A DNA stretch of 63,207 bases, the filler included, from Deltaproteobacteria bacterium (GTDB taxonomy: Bacteria; Myxococcota; JACRCW01), in the NCBI GenBank assembly GCA_016218805.1. It is 6 parts of 6 records of this genome, joined end to end, with 100 filler letters (N's around TTAATTAATTAA, not from the genome) between each part and the next. Parts side by side here need not be neighbours in the genome. Positions count along the whole stretch, not along the records: positions 13,860 to 31,357 come from JACRCW010000079.1; positions 31,458 to 45,811 come from JACRCW010000077.1; 4 more parts are not named here. One strand, written 5' to 3'. Under the pieces are notes generated by a model, which did not search any database, was not told the DNA's origin, and saw nothing but the letters and a program-made list of their open reading frames with translations. How positions within the stretch are numbered: position 1 is the stretch's first letter; every line of letters starts with the position of its first letter. Position numbers and translations under genes: made by a program. Positions 29,607 to 41,329 of the stretch are shown piece after piece.

Positions 29607-30599
29607 TCAGGGGACCTCCACGGCCTCCACGGTGCGCACGGCCTGGTCCACCTCCGCGGCAACGGGCTCCTCCAGCGGCTCCGCGGCCAGGTAGGTGGCA
29701 CCCACCACGGATGCCAGACCCGCCGCGGCGCCCGTGGCCACCAGCGCGCCCGCCCCCACGCCGGTGGCCACCATGACGGCCGCGGCCGCCGGCGGCGCCC
29801 AGGCCTCCTGGCGGGCTGCCAGCGCGAAGGTGCCCGCACCGCCCAACGCCCCCAGCACCAGCGCCGTCACCACGCCAAGCGTGAGCGGCGCCTCCATGAG
29901 CAGCACGGACTTCCACCACTCCAGCGGCTTGCGCTCAAACACCTTGGCGGCGGTCCAGCCGGTGGCCCAGCCCACCACCGCACCCACGACGATGATGGCC
30001 GCGGCGAGCAGCAGCGCCAGCAGCGCCAGCGCCAGTGCGATGAAGATGACAAACACGCCGTCCCCGCCGTCACCGCAGTCACTCCCGCCCAGGTCACCGC
30101 CCCCAAGGTTGCAGGAGCTGCCGGCGCCGGGGCAGATGCACACCGGCCAGATCCAGCAGGGGTCCTCCGCCACCATGGCGCCGCGGCGGCGCACCGGCTC
30201 AGGGGTGATGGACTCAGGCGCCGTGGCCACGGGCGCGGGTTGCACCGGCAGGTCATGCACCAACACGGAGGTGGGCGCGGCGGTGGTGCCCACGCAGACC
30301 GGGTCCGCCATGGGCAGGGCGCGCCACCGCTTGGGCTCAAGCGGTTCCGCCAGGTGGTACGTGCGGGACTGTGCCAGGCCGCCCGCACAGGTGGTCTCCA
30401 CGGTGAACTCAAACGGCGCCAGCTCCTTGGCGGTCTTGTTGTAGACGCTGACCTCCTGCACGGTGACGTCATGGGCGGAGGGGCGGATCTCCACGCAGGT
30501 GGCGCTGGTGCAGGCCCGCCGGGCGCCGGCAAGGGCGGTGGCGGGCAGGCTGGTGAGGACGGCCAGGAGCAGGACGGCACGCGGCAACCGCACGGACAT
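29607..30599 (-). CDS. hypothetical exported/membrane protein
   Basis: Signal peptide, Cys/Gly-rich linker and C-terminal hydrophobic helices. Confidence 0.7.
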   Translation of the reverse strand: MSVRLPRAVLLLAVLTSLPATALAGARRACTSATCVEIRPSAHDVTVQEVSVYNKTAKELAPFEFTVETTCAGGLAQSRTYHLAEPLEPKRWRALPMADPVCVGTTAAPTSVLVHDLPVQPAPVATAPESITPEPVRRRGAMVAEDPCWIWPVCICPGAGSSCNLGGGDLGGSDCGDGGDGVFVIFIALALALLALLLAAAIIVVGAVVGWATGWTAAKVFERKPLEWWKSVLLMEAPLTLGVVTALVLGALGGAGTFALAARQEAWAPPAAAAVMVATGVGAGALVATGAAAGLASVVGATYLAAEPLEEPVAAEVDQAVRTVEAVEVP

Positions 30600-30679
30600 G
30601 CACCCTCCGCGACGGGAGAAACGCGCGTGGGCGCGCCCCGTCGGTCGGGGTGGAGCGTGTCACGCCGGGCAGCGGGGGC

Positions 30680-31357
<678 letters not shown>

Positions 31358-31457
31358 NNNNNNNNNNNNNNNNNNNNNNNNNNNNNNNNNNNNNNNNNNN
31401 NTTAATTAATTAANNNNNNNNNNNNNNNNNNNNNNNNNNNNNNNNNNNNNNNNNNNN
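31358..31457. other. contig-join spacer
   Basis: N-run with TTAATTAATTAA. Confidence 0.99.
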
Positions 31458-31597
31458 CACCCAATACCTTCAGCCATATGCTGCGCTTCTGCATTCGTTC
31501 CTCGCTTCTGTGTTGTCGTCGACAAACACCACACTGGCACAGGAACGGATGCAGGTCATCCTACCCCTCCGGGACCCACTTTGGGGTCAGGAGAGCC
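31458..31597 (-). mobile_element. ISL3-like IS left end, copy 3
   Basis: Same 140 bp as 8018-8157. Confidence 0.85.
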
Positions 31598-34500
31598 CAA
31601 CGTTGTTGTCACCGATGAGGGTGGCAGCGTCCGGGTGGGCGGGGTCTCGCTGAACGTGGCGCCAGGAAGCGCGCCCGCCGGCACCGTGATCACCGCTCGC
31701 TGGGCGAACAACGACGCATGCCTCCCCCAGGTGGTCTTCGGTCCGGAGGGCTTGCGGTTTGACCCTCCGGCCACTCTTGCGCTGGAAGCTCCGGCCGATT
31801 GCGCGGGACAAGGGGCCGTCCTCACCTGGAGTCACGTGATAGACGGCTATGCGCACCGCCTTCCCACGATGCGTGCGCGCGACCGCGTCACGTCGGAGGT
31901 GCGCCACTTCAGCACGTACGCCGTGGTTGCGGATCGCATCCTGCCGACGCGGGTCTTCGGACGTCGGGTGGAGCACAACGGCGTGACCGTCACCGTGGAA
32001 GGTCCCGATGCCGTGCTGGAGTTGAGCGGCGACGGAGACCGTGCCGTGCTGCGCCGGATCACCACCGCACCCTCCCCGGTGACCGTCACGTGGGAGGGCC
32101 TCAACCCGGATCGAGCGATGTACTGGCGGGTCATCGGGGAGGCTGCGCAGCGCGGTCACATGAGTCCTGGTGGTGGCACGGGCCTGAACTCCGTCCCTGC
32201 CACGGACGATGCGGTGATTCTCGTGAGCGCCACGCAGGGGACCATTGTCATTGCACCAGGACAACTCGCGAGCCTGTGCGGCACTGCCGCGCTTCCGGGC
32301 ACGTACAGCGCAACGGCGGGGGTGTGCACGTTGAGCGCTGACGCGGCGGAGACGGTGGAACTGGACGATCCCGGCCAGACGCTCGACTGCGCTGGGCACG
32401 AGATCCTTGGCGGAAACTACGACAACCAGGGCCTGGCAATCGGACCGCGTGCCACCGGCGCCGGCGTCAAGCGCTGCACCATCCGGTTCGGGATCGGCAT
32501 CCAGGTATTCGCTGAGCAGGTCCGCCTGGAACAGAACAGGATCCTGAGCGCGCTGGGCCCCGGTTCAGTGGGGATCCAGTCCTCCTGGGCGCGCCAGATT
32601 GCGGTGCGAGACAACAGCATCGCCGACGCGGTCTTCCCCGTCATCGTTTTCGGCCCCCAGGGTGGTCCCGTCGCAGAGATCACCGGCAACACCATCACCA
32701 ACGGGCATGGGGGCGTGTTCTTCGGGGACAGCAGTTTCGCCGCCACGGGGTCAGTTCCGTCCTGGGAGGTGACCCAGGCGCGGATTGCTGGGAACACCAT
32801 CGCGAGCACGGCGCATGGGATGGAGCTCCAGATCATTTCCGCGCCCCCGCCTGGACAGTTACCCGTGCGCGTGGAGGGCAACACGCTCACGGGGCTCGGC
32901 ATGCGGATCAACTGGCTGGGTCCGGGCCCGGGCCCGCGCGTGCTCCACAACAACGTCCACGGCAGTTTGGTGTCCTGGAATGGAAGTGAGTTGCCCGTCC
33001 CGTTTGACGCGAGTTTCGGCGGGGAGGGCAACTTCTGGGGGCGGACGGCGCTGCCGCTGTTCGTTCCCGGCGTGGATTCCAACGACATTGCTGTAGTGGA
33101 TAGCCACGCGTACTGCGCGCAAGACGGCTGGAATACCGGGTATTCGCCTGGATCATGCACAGCGGTCACCGCTCCGCCTGCGCCCACCATCCAGGATCCA
33201 GGCGGCGGCGGGCACTGTTACTCCGCCACCATAGAGATGGTCTCGGGCGTCCTCCCGACGGCGGTGACGGGAACCGTGCGGGTCTTTGACTTCGGCTTTC
33301 CCATGGCGGATGGCCCGGTGTCAGGGACCACGTTCAACGTTGCGCTAAACGAACCGCTGGGTGAAGGCGCCCATGAACTCACGGCGTCCGTGGTTGTGCT
33401 CGGCATGGAGTCTCCTCTTTCTGAGGCCGTTTCCCTCGTCATTGACCAGGGCCCGCCTGCCGGCCCGGTGGTGTTCACCGCCGGCCCGCACGCCACGCTG
33501 CCGGCGCTTGAGTTGACCGGGTCGGCGGAGCCAGGAAGCTACGTGCTGGCCTGGTTGGACGCCGACCCTCGGCCCACCACGGCGGCGGCCCAGGCGGATG
33601 TGTCGGGGTTGTTCGGTCCCGCGCTGGTGGGGCCGGCGGCCAACGGAGCACACACGCTGCACGTGCAGGTGGCCGATTGTGCCATGAACCTGTCCCCGGA
33701 AGTGCAGCGCGCCGTGTTGCTGCAATACGTTTCACCGCCTCCGCCGGCGCCGGTCATTGAATCTCCCGCCGGCGGAACCACGCATGCCGTGGTCACCTTT
33801 GTCTCCATCCGCACGGCTGAAGCCGGCGTCATCGCCGTCACGGACAACAACGCGCCGGTGCCCACCAGCAGCAACGCGCTTCCCGCGGGGCCGCACACCA
33901 TTGCGTTCCCGGCGCCGCTGCTCCCCGGGGCCCACGTGTTGCGGGCGTGGCTGGTGCGGGAGCCTGACGGTGTCCTGTCGGACTCGTCGCTGCCGGTGGC
34001 GTTCCGCGTTGACCCCACGCCAAGCCGCCCGGTGATCACGGACCCAGCGCCGGGGTCCATCCACGCGACACCCGTCGCCCGGGTAAGCGGCATCACGACG
34101 GGCACCGGAGTGACTCTGTTTGAAGGAACCACGCAGATTGCCGAGGCGGGAGTCATTGAGGGGAGGTTCGTGGTGTTCCTTTCGCCGTCACTGGGGAAAG
34201 GCATTCACACGCTGGAGGCCATTGCGCACGTGGAGACGCCGGTGGGGCGGATGTTCTCCGCGCCCACGTTTGTGAAGTTCTCCGTGATTCCCAATGAGCT
34301 GGACGTTCCAGTGGTGAAGCAGCCCGTGGCGGGCCAGACCAGCCTGGCCCCGCTGGTGGCGGCCTCCGGCGAGGCGGCCCCCGGAGCAACGCTGCTGATT
34401 GCGCTGGATGGCGAGGTGAAAGCGAAGCTGACGGTGCAGCCCGACGGGCGGTGGGCGGGAGTGTTGTCCGGCGTGACGCCTGGGACGCACCGGCTGACGG

Positions 34501-37500
34501 CGTCTGCTACCTTGCGGAACATGGGAAGCCCCACGACGAGCCCGGTGGAATTCACGGTGGTGGCGGCGCCGGATCCGGCGCAGGTGATTGAGGACAGTTC
34601 GGGCAAGGTGGGCTTCAGCGTGAAGAGCGTTGGCCAGCCGGTGATTGACCTTGTGGATCAGCAGAAGTCCACCACGGTGTACGGGGTGAAGTTCCGGGCC
34701 ATGCCCGCCAACACGCAGCAGCGCCGTGCGTTCACGGTCATGCGCGAGAGCTACACGGACCTGGACACCGGCGAGGTCTTTGCGAATGTGGCCGCGGTCC
34801 AGGAGCACGGTTCGGTGGCGAACGCCCAGGAAGACTACGACGCGATCATGGCGTACGACGGGCGGGGAGATACGGACGGGTATCCGTTTGAGGTGCGGCG
34901 GCTGCGGCGGGTGAGTTGGGTGGAGACGGCGTACGTGACCAACACTCCCGCGGCGAGCTGCACGGCGCTGGCGGATTCGCCGCCCCTGGTGCGGGCTTTC
35001 CAGGGTGTTGATTTCACGCAATTGCGGCGGCCGGGGCAGCAGTTGTCCTATTGCGTGGCAAAGCAGACGAGCCGCATCGACCTGGGTGACCTGGTGGTGG
35101 TGATCGGGATTGCCGAGTCGCCTGAAGGGTGGCTGTCACAGCTCAAACGCGCGTCAGCGGACCTGCAGCGGTTTGCCGACCGGTGGGGATGGGACCTGAA
35201 TGCGCCCCTTCCGACGGAGCGCTTTCCGCCGGACCCGCTGCCCCAGGTGGGGCGGGGACGGCCGCAGGCGCAGTTGAACCTCTTCGTGGAACCCGTCATC
35301 GCGCTGGCGGACCTCCGGTTCGTCCGGACTTTCGGCCAGCATCTGGACACACGGTTGTGCCAACGGCAGACGCCTGCGGTGCACTGCGAGCTGGACCTTC
35401 GTGCCTGCGGCGTTCCCGCGGGCTGTCGCGTGGACGTCGATCGCGGGCCGGAACCGGACGACATCGTGCTCGTCGACTGGACGGACTGTACCGGCGAAAC
35501 ATGCGAGGAAGTGCCGCGCCCAGATTGGCAATGCCACTGCAGCGGCTGGAGATGTTCGTGCGGCTGGGTGACGGTGATGGTGCGGCTGGAGTGGACGTGC
35601 CGTCCAACGGGGTGCCACGAAATAGGCAGGGTCCCCGGTCCGTGGGTCTGTGGCGCTACGTGCGACCAAGGGGCTCCTCCTGGCGCCTGCGGGGACTGCG
35701 ACATCCAGATGCCGGAACTCGATTGTAACGAGCCGCGCCCCGTCGAAACAGGGTATGCGCCCGTGGCACGCGAGAATGACGGGAATGAGCGGGTACAGCT
35801 CGCACATGCTGCCGAAGAATGGGAGGAATTCACGGAGCGCCACATCATCGATGGACAGTACCTGGGCGGCGAGATTGACCCGAGATTGGGCGAGAACCTC
35901 GGCTTCTTCTCGATGACGCGATACCACGACCGCCGGAACTCAACGGGCGTCACGGCGGAGGTGGCGGCTGCACGGGCATACAAGTTCGGCGTGACGCATT
36001 CCGCGCAGGACCGCGAGAAGCTGCGGCAGAGCATGGTGGCGCTGCACGCCATGATGACGGTGGCCAATGACCCCATCACTTGGGACGGAGGCGGAGCGGA
36101 CCAGCATCCGCCGGACGGCCACGTGATTGACCCGAATGATCCTCAGTGCAACGTCACGCGTGAGACCCGCGACGGCGGTCCGTCAACGCAAGTGGGTTAC
36201 GCCTCGTTCGTGGAACGCGACCACTGTGACAATCCGGAGGGAAGCCCGACCCCCACGCTGCTGCCGGACGGCACCGTCCTGAGGTTCCCTGATGGCGGAC
36301 CCGTACTGTTTGATCCACCGGACATTACTGACGCGGGTGCCGTGGCGGCCGACTGCGCATGTCGCCCCGGCGTGGTTCGGCGGGGCATCTGGCCGCGCTC
36401 TTTGGTTCCGGGATGGTACGAACGTGAACTCCGGCCGGAGTTCGTGCGGGACATGTTTGAGGAGGGCCAGAAGGTGAACCCGGAGGATATCGCGGTAATT
36501 GCGGAAACGACCTATGGGTTTCAGGGGGGGCTGCCCGCGTTTAACACTTTGCAAAGCTCACCCCAGCATCCCGAGATCAACCGGTATCGTTTCATCCTGC
36601 GCGCAAGCCGTGACATCGTGGACACGATGATGTTCGCGGTGAGCGCCGCACGCACCGCCCTGGGCCCTGATGATGACCTTGATGGTTGGATGACGGACGT
36701 GGGCGGCGCGGTCGGCGATTTCATGATGGCGTTGATTGACCATGGCTACACGATGATTGACATCGATGACCAGCCGACGCCTTTCGGTCGGATGTTGCCC
36801 CCGGTGCCCGATGAGGGCGCCGAGTTCGGTGACCCGACGCAAGCCTTTGAGGTGCTGGCATGGCTCCGCACGTGCGCGCGCGTGGCTCCCGGACCGTGGG
36901 AGCGGCAGCGTTGCCGGGACGAGTACGCCAGGGTCATGCGGCAATGGGTGATTCTCCCGAATCAACAAGGTGGAGGCGGGTTCCCGTCGTACGTTGCGGC
37001 CGGGAGCGTGCTCTTTAGCTTGCGCGAGGTCCTCCACGCGGGGACGACCGGCGGCCACCACCGGCCCTTCCTGATTGCGCTGGCCGTCCAGACGCTGCTC
37101 GAGAGGGATGTGCGCATGGACACTTTGCCCGAGGAGATGCTCGGAACACACATCATCGCCGACTTCTGGAAGCAATTCGGAACGCGGATGTTCTCATTCC
37201 GGCGTGTTCCGTTCTTCGACACGCTGACCGTATTCGCCAATGGGGGTGATGTCGAACCGGGTGATTTCGAGCCGTCCGACGGCGACTCCACTCGCGCCCG
37301 CGTTGGCGCCATCCTGCGGCAATACCCGTCTCCACGCTATCGGCCGCTGGCGCCGAACGACCGCGTTTCTCCGAGCACCTTTGTGGCGCCGCGTCTGGCC
37401 GCCCCCGCGTGCGCCACCTTGCGCCCGCGGGCCCCGTTCTGCACCACGCCGCTGTGCGAGAACCTCAACAAGCTGTCGTTCCGGGGATGTGACAACATGC

Positions 37501-37757
37501 GGAATCAGTTTGTGACGGCGCTTGGCGCGTTGGACCGCCGGCTCGTTCCCGACGAAAACGCTGTGGACTCGATCTGGGCGCTGGGACAGGGACTCGCCAT
37601 GCCACTGGACATTGCGGACGGAAACCGGAGCTACATGTTGCAGGAAGGCGATACCTGTGACGACAACTCCCGTGGCGGGATCCTGGAGCCCTACGGGTAC
37701 GGGTTCCTCCTGGCGTACTGGCACGCGGTGTTCCACAACACGGTGAGGCTGCCATGA
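31598..37757 (+). CDS. giant multidomain protein (ZU5-like/HFS, parallel beta-helix, Ig-like repeats, Cys-rich region, helical C-terminal domain); 5' end cut by IS
   Basis: FGPEGLRF...HFS; NosD-like GNTI repeats and GNFWG; PxIxxP...GxHxL Ig-like repeats; no native start codon visible. Confidence 0.8.
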
Positions 37758-38494
37758 GACCCATGCTGATCCTCGTCATCGTCGCCAGTTTCGCCGGATG
37801 CCCGCCGCGCAAAGACCGACAATTCGACGAGGAGAGCACGCTGAGTTGCGGGTCGCTGCAGGCGTCATTGCCGGCCAATGCGTGGACAACTGCGTTGAGC
37901 CGTTTGGGTGCGCGCGGAGGGAATGCTCGTCCGGACCGTGCCCGGGGGTGTGCCGGCAGAAGTGCACGACCACCGGAGCGTCGCGCAGACTGGGTTCGGG
38001 GTGACCTCTACGCGGTGCTGCAGGTGACAGAGGACGATGTTGCGTCTGACGTGGCGGTGGTCCCCACACTTGTGGGACCGCATCAGCGCATCATCCAACG
38101 GATAATCGAGGCAAGCCTGGCAACACCAACAATCGCCGCATTGTTGGCTCGCGAGTTGTTGCGACATCCCATGGTCGGGGCGCAGGCGCGCGAGGCGGCT
38201 GCAGAAGGGCTGCAGGGCATCGCTGTTCCAGTGGAGCTGATAGAGGAGCGGGGTGCGCTGTATTGGTTTGAGAACACGCGCGCTTACGCCGCAGGACGAC
38301 ATCTGTTGTTGCATGGCGGCCAAGCGCCGACGTTGCGCGCGGTGATTGTTCATGATGACCAGGCGCCCGCGACGAGTGCCTCCGACCCCGGTGTGGAACT
38401 CGTTACCCCGGAGTTTGCGGTGGGTCTGGACCAGGTGTCGGCCGGAAATCTCATGTTCTACTCGCGGAGGGCGCCGTGGCCCGCGCGGCCGTAG
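37754..38494 (+). CDS. hypothetical lipoprotein
   Basis: Lipobox FAGC; ATGA overlap with the giant gene. Confidence 0.6.
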   Translation: MRPMLILVIVASFAGCPPRKDRQFDEESTLSCGSLQASLPANAWTTALSRLGARGGNARPDRARGCAGRSARPPERRADWVRGDLYAVLQVTEDDVASDVAVVPTLVGPHQRIIQRIIEASLATPTIAALLARELLRHPMVGAQAREAAAEGLQGIAVPVELIEERGALYWFENTRAYAAGRHLLLHGGQAPTLRAVIVHDDQAPATSASDPGVELVTPEFAVGLDQVSAGNLMFYSRRAPWPARP

Positions 38495-40116
38495 CGGCAG
38501 CCTGCATGGTGGGGGGGCTGTGCCTCGCCTGCACCGAGGCTGATCCCGCTCCGGGTAGGCCGCCGGCCATCGTGCGAAGCGGCGGAGATTTCTACCCGAC
38601 CGGAAGCCTGAGGCGAGAGTACACGCTCTTGGGCGAGTTCCCTCCGGATACGCGTGTATTTGTCGGCGGAAGACCTGGAACAGTGGTTTCCATCTTCAAC
38701 TCAGGAGGTAACCTGGTCTTCCTTCCCCCTGCGGACCTGGCGCCGGGTTCCTACAGCGTGGCGGTGGAGGACGGCCAGGGCCGCCGTGCGGAAGAGGATG
38801 GCCACGGCCGCCGTCCGGAAATGGCAAACACGTACTTTCACGACGAGGGGTTCTACGGATGGGCTGGCATGGCGGTCAAAGCCATGGGCAACCTACCGGC
38901 GCGGTGCGTAGGGCCGGTCACCCGCCCGCGGGGAACCGGGATGGTCTGCCTGGTGACCAGCCCGGGGGCCATGAATGTCGCACTGACCGTGTTCGCGGGG
39001 TCTGTGGACAGGCCCACGGGCAGCGTGCGCATTGCCAACTTCGGAAACCACTCAACGGCGTACGCTGCCCAGGTGGGGCTGGCGCTTTCCCCCCACCAGG
39101 ATGCCACCGGCCAGGAAGCGGTCTTCGCTGTTGAATCCACGAGTCCAGGGCCGGTCCCGCTCTACGCCGCGCGCGTCTCCACTTGGACCACCGAGCAGAT
39201 GCCGCTGGTTCGGGTGGGCCAACTGCCTTGGCCGCCCTGCGACCTGGCCTTCTGGCGCGGTGCCAGCGGAACCTACTTGCTGGCCCTGGATCCAGCCGTT
39301 GGCCTTCAGGCCAGCCGCTGGGATGCCGCACGAATGGAGCCCGCAACCTTCTTTGCCGTCAGCACACCGACGCTCAGCGAAGCCGGTTGCTCACGGATGA
39401 GCGTGCTGGACCTGTTTGACACCGGGCAAGCCGCTGATGAACTGGTTCTAAGCCGGCGGGATACTGGGTTGATCACTGTGTACTCCGGCACCCCGGAAGA
39501 CGGGTTCGTACCGCGCGGGATCATGTCTCTAGGGGGCGGCTTGTTCTGGGGCGATCAGCGAATACCTGCAATTGAGGACATTGATGGCAATGGTCTGAAG
39601 GATCTCATTGTCACCGGCACACCCAACTCCGTTGACGTGGCGTTTCTGCACCCCGAGCCGGACGGCGGCGTGAGGTTCGACCGTCGTTTTGACTTCGCTG
39701 TGGACGAGACCCGGAGGGGGGCACTCGGTATTTCGTCGGCGATACGGGTGCGACCGTCAGACCGCGACGCATTCATCATCGTGTCCGAGGGCGGCATTGA
39801 GTCGGGCGCGGCGACCTTCCGTGTAACACCTGAACTGGAGGTATTCCGCGAAGATTGGCGCGGCCATCCCGGGGGCCCATGGGATGATCCGTCGCTGGTC
39901 TGGGACGTTGATGGCGACGGATTCAAAGACCTGGTGGGCACTCGTCCTGGCACGTTGGTGAATCTCTATCGCCGGCCGGACCATGAGGAGGAGGACGGTC
40001 TGGTCGGCCCGCGCGCGCCGGTCCAACTTGACGGTGGCGCCGGTTGGCTGGATGCGTCCGTTGAGTACCGCCCGGATGACGGGGGTTTCCTCTACTACCC
40101 CGCCGTCCCAGCGGGC
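38476..40116 (+). CDS. lipoprotein with IPT/TIG-like domain and FG-GAP/VCBS repeats; native stop not evident (frame stays open to 41364)
   Basis: CLAC lipobox-like motif; DIDGNGLKDL and DVDGDGFKDL. Confidence 0.65.
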
Positions 40117-41217
40117 TCAGGCCAACGTGCCGCCCGTGCGGGGTGGCGTCTTGGGCATCCGCACGCCCGAGCCCACCGGGTGGCGTTTGGCCGCCGCCGC
40201 TACGACGCGGGGGGCGTCCGGGTCCTCCGGTCGGGTCAGGGGCTGCGGCGCGCCCTGGGTGGCGGGTTCCACACCCGCCTGCTGGCCCCGCAGCTGGTCC
40301 ACCACCGCCTCCAGCGATCGCACACGAATCTCCGCCGAGCGCACGTCCATCTTGGCCAACATGGACGGGGATTCGGCGGCGTGTGTGCGGGCGCGGTCCA
40401 GGGTCACGCGCGCGTCCGCCAGCTCCGCTTCCCGGTTGGCCAGGTTGAGCGTGCGCCCGGCGCTGTTGATGCCGGCCTGCTCGGTGTCGGACACCTTCCC
40501 GTCGGCCACGGCCCCGCCCACCGTCCGGTCAAACCGCGCCTGCTCCAGGGCCTGCGTGGCGTGCGCTGCCCTGGCCTCCAGGCGGTGCAGCTGACTGGTT
40601 TCCTGTGCCGTGGGCGTCCGCGTCCCCAGGGCCACCTTGGCCTCCAGGGCGCGCGTATCCGCCCGGGCGGCGCGCAGCTCCAACCGCTCCATCCCCGTGG
40701 GCCGGTTGCCCACGCGGGCGCGCACCTCATCCAGGTTGACGCGCGCATCCGCCAGCGCCGCGCGGTCCTGTGCCAGGGCCACCTCGCGCTGGCCTCCGTC
40801 AATGGAACTCCGCTCGGCGGCCGTGACCCTGCCGTCCGCGTGGGCCGCGTCCACCCGGTTGGCCTGGCGCGCCTGGTCCAACTCCAACTGCGCGTGCGCC
40901 ACATCCGCGTCCGCGCGGTGGATCCCTGCGGTCTCCTGCGTGGTGACCCGGCCATCGGCCTCGGCCGCCTTCACGGTCTCGTCGCGGTGCGCCTGCGCGG
41001 TATCCAGGCGCTGGCGCAGCGCGGCCTCGCTGGCACGGTTCACCTGGCGGCTTCCCTCCACCGCTGCTTGCGAGGCCGGCTCACGGACGGGGGCCTGGGG
41101 CTGGACCTGTGGCTCCTCCGCGGGCAGCCGCTCCGCCGACTTGGCGCGCATGACCTCGCCGGGCCGGTTGACGGGACCGGGCGTCCTGATGCCGCCACCT
41201 CGCACGCCGATTGCCAT
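40117..41217 (-). CDS. hypothetical helical repeat protein
   Basis: GGGAGG RBS; three ADG(R/K)V(T/S)xxE repeats; codon usage typical of this genome. Confidence 0.75.
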   Translation of the reverse strand: MAIGVRGGGIRTPGPVNRPGEVMRAKSAERLPAEEPQVQPQAPVREPASQAAVEGSRQVNRASEAALRQRLDTAQAHRDETVKAAEADGRVTTQETAGIHRADADVAHAQLELDQARQANRVDAAHADGRVTAAERSSIDGGQREVALAQDRAALADARVNLDEVRARVGNRPTGMERLELRAARADTRALEAKVALGTRTPTAQETSQLHRLEARAAHATQALEQARFDRTVGGAVADGKVSDTEQAGINSAGRTLNLANREAELADARVTLDRARTHAAESPSMLAKMDVRSAEIRVRSLEAVVDQLRGQQAGVEPATQGAPQPLTRPEDPDAPRVVAAAAKRHPVGSGVRMPKTPPRTGGTLA

Positions 41218-41253
41218 GTTGGCCTCCCTGCACCCCTTGGGGGCGCATCATGC

Positions 41254-41265
41254 ACTAGTACTAGT
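41254..41265. promoter_or_regulatory. perfect 12-bp palindrome ACTAGTACTAGT in a divergent intergenic region
   Basis: AT-rich palindrome between the starts at 41217 (-) and 41330 (+). Confidence 0.4.
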
Positions 41266-41329
41266 TCGGTGCGGCACGGCGGATGGTGCTACGACGAAGA
41301 TCCGGTGAGACGGAGTAGGCCTGTGTGGG

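Noticed and set aside
31581..31597. TTG start of the 2058-aa ORF
   Set aside because: It lies inside the IS terminus; the native start was displaced.
38767..38820. 27-bp tandem duplication (EDGQGRRAE/EDGHGRRPE)
   Set aside because: Small in-frame duplication with no evidence of function.
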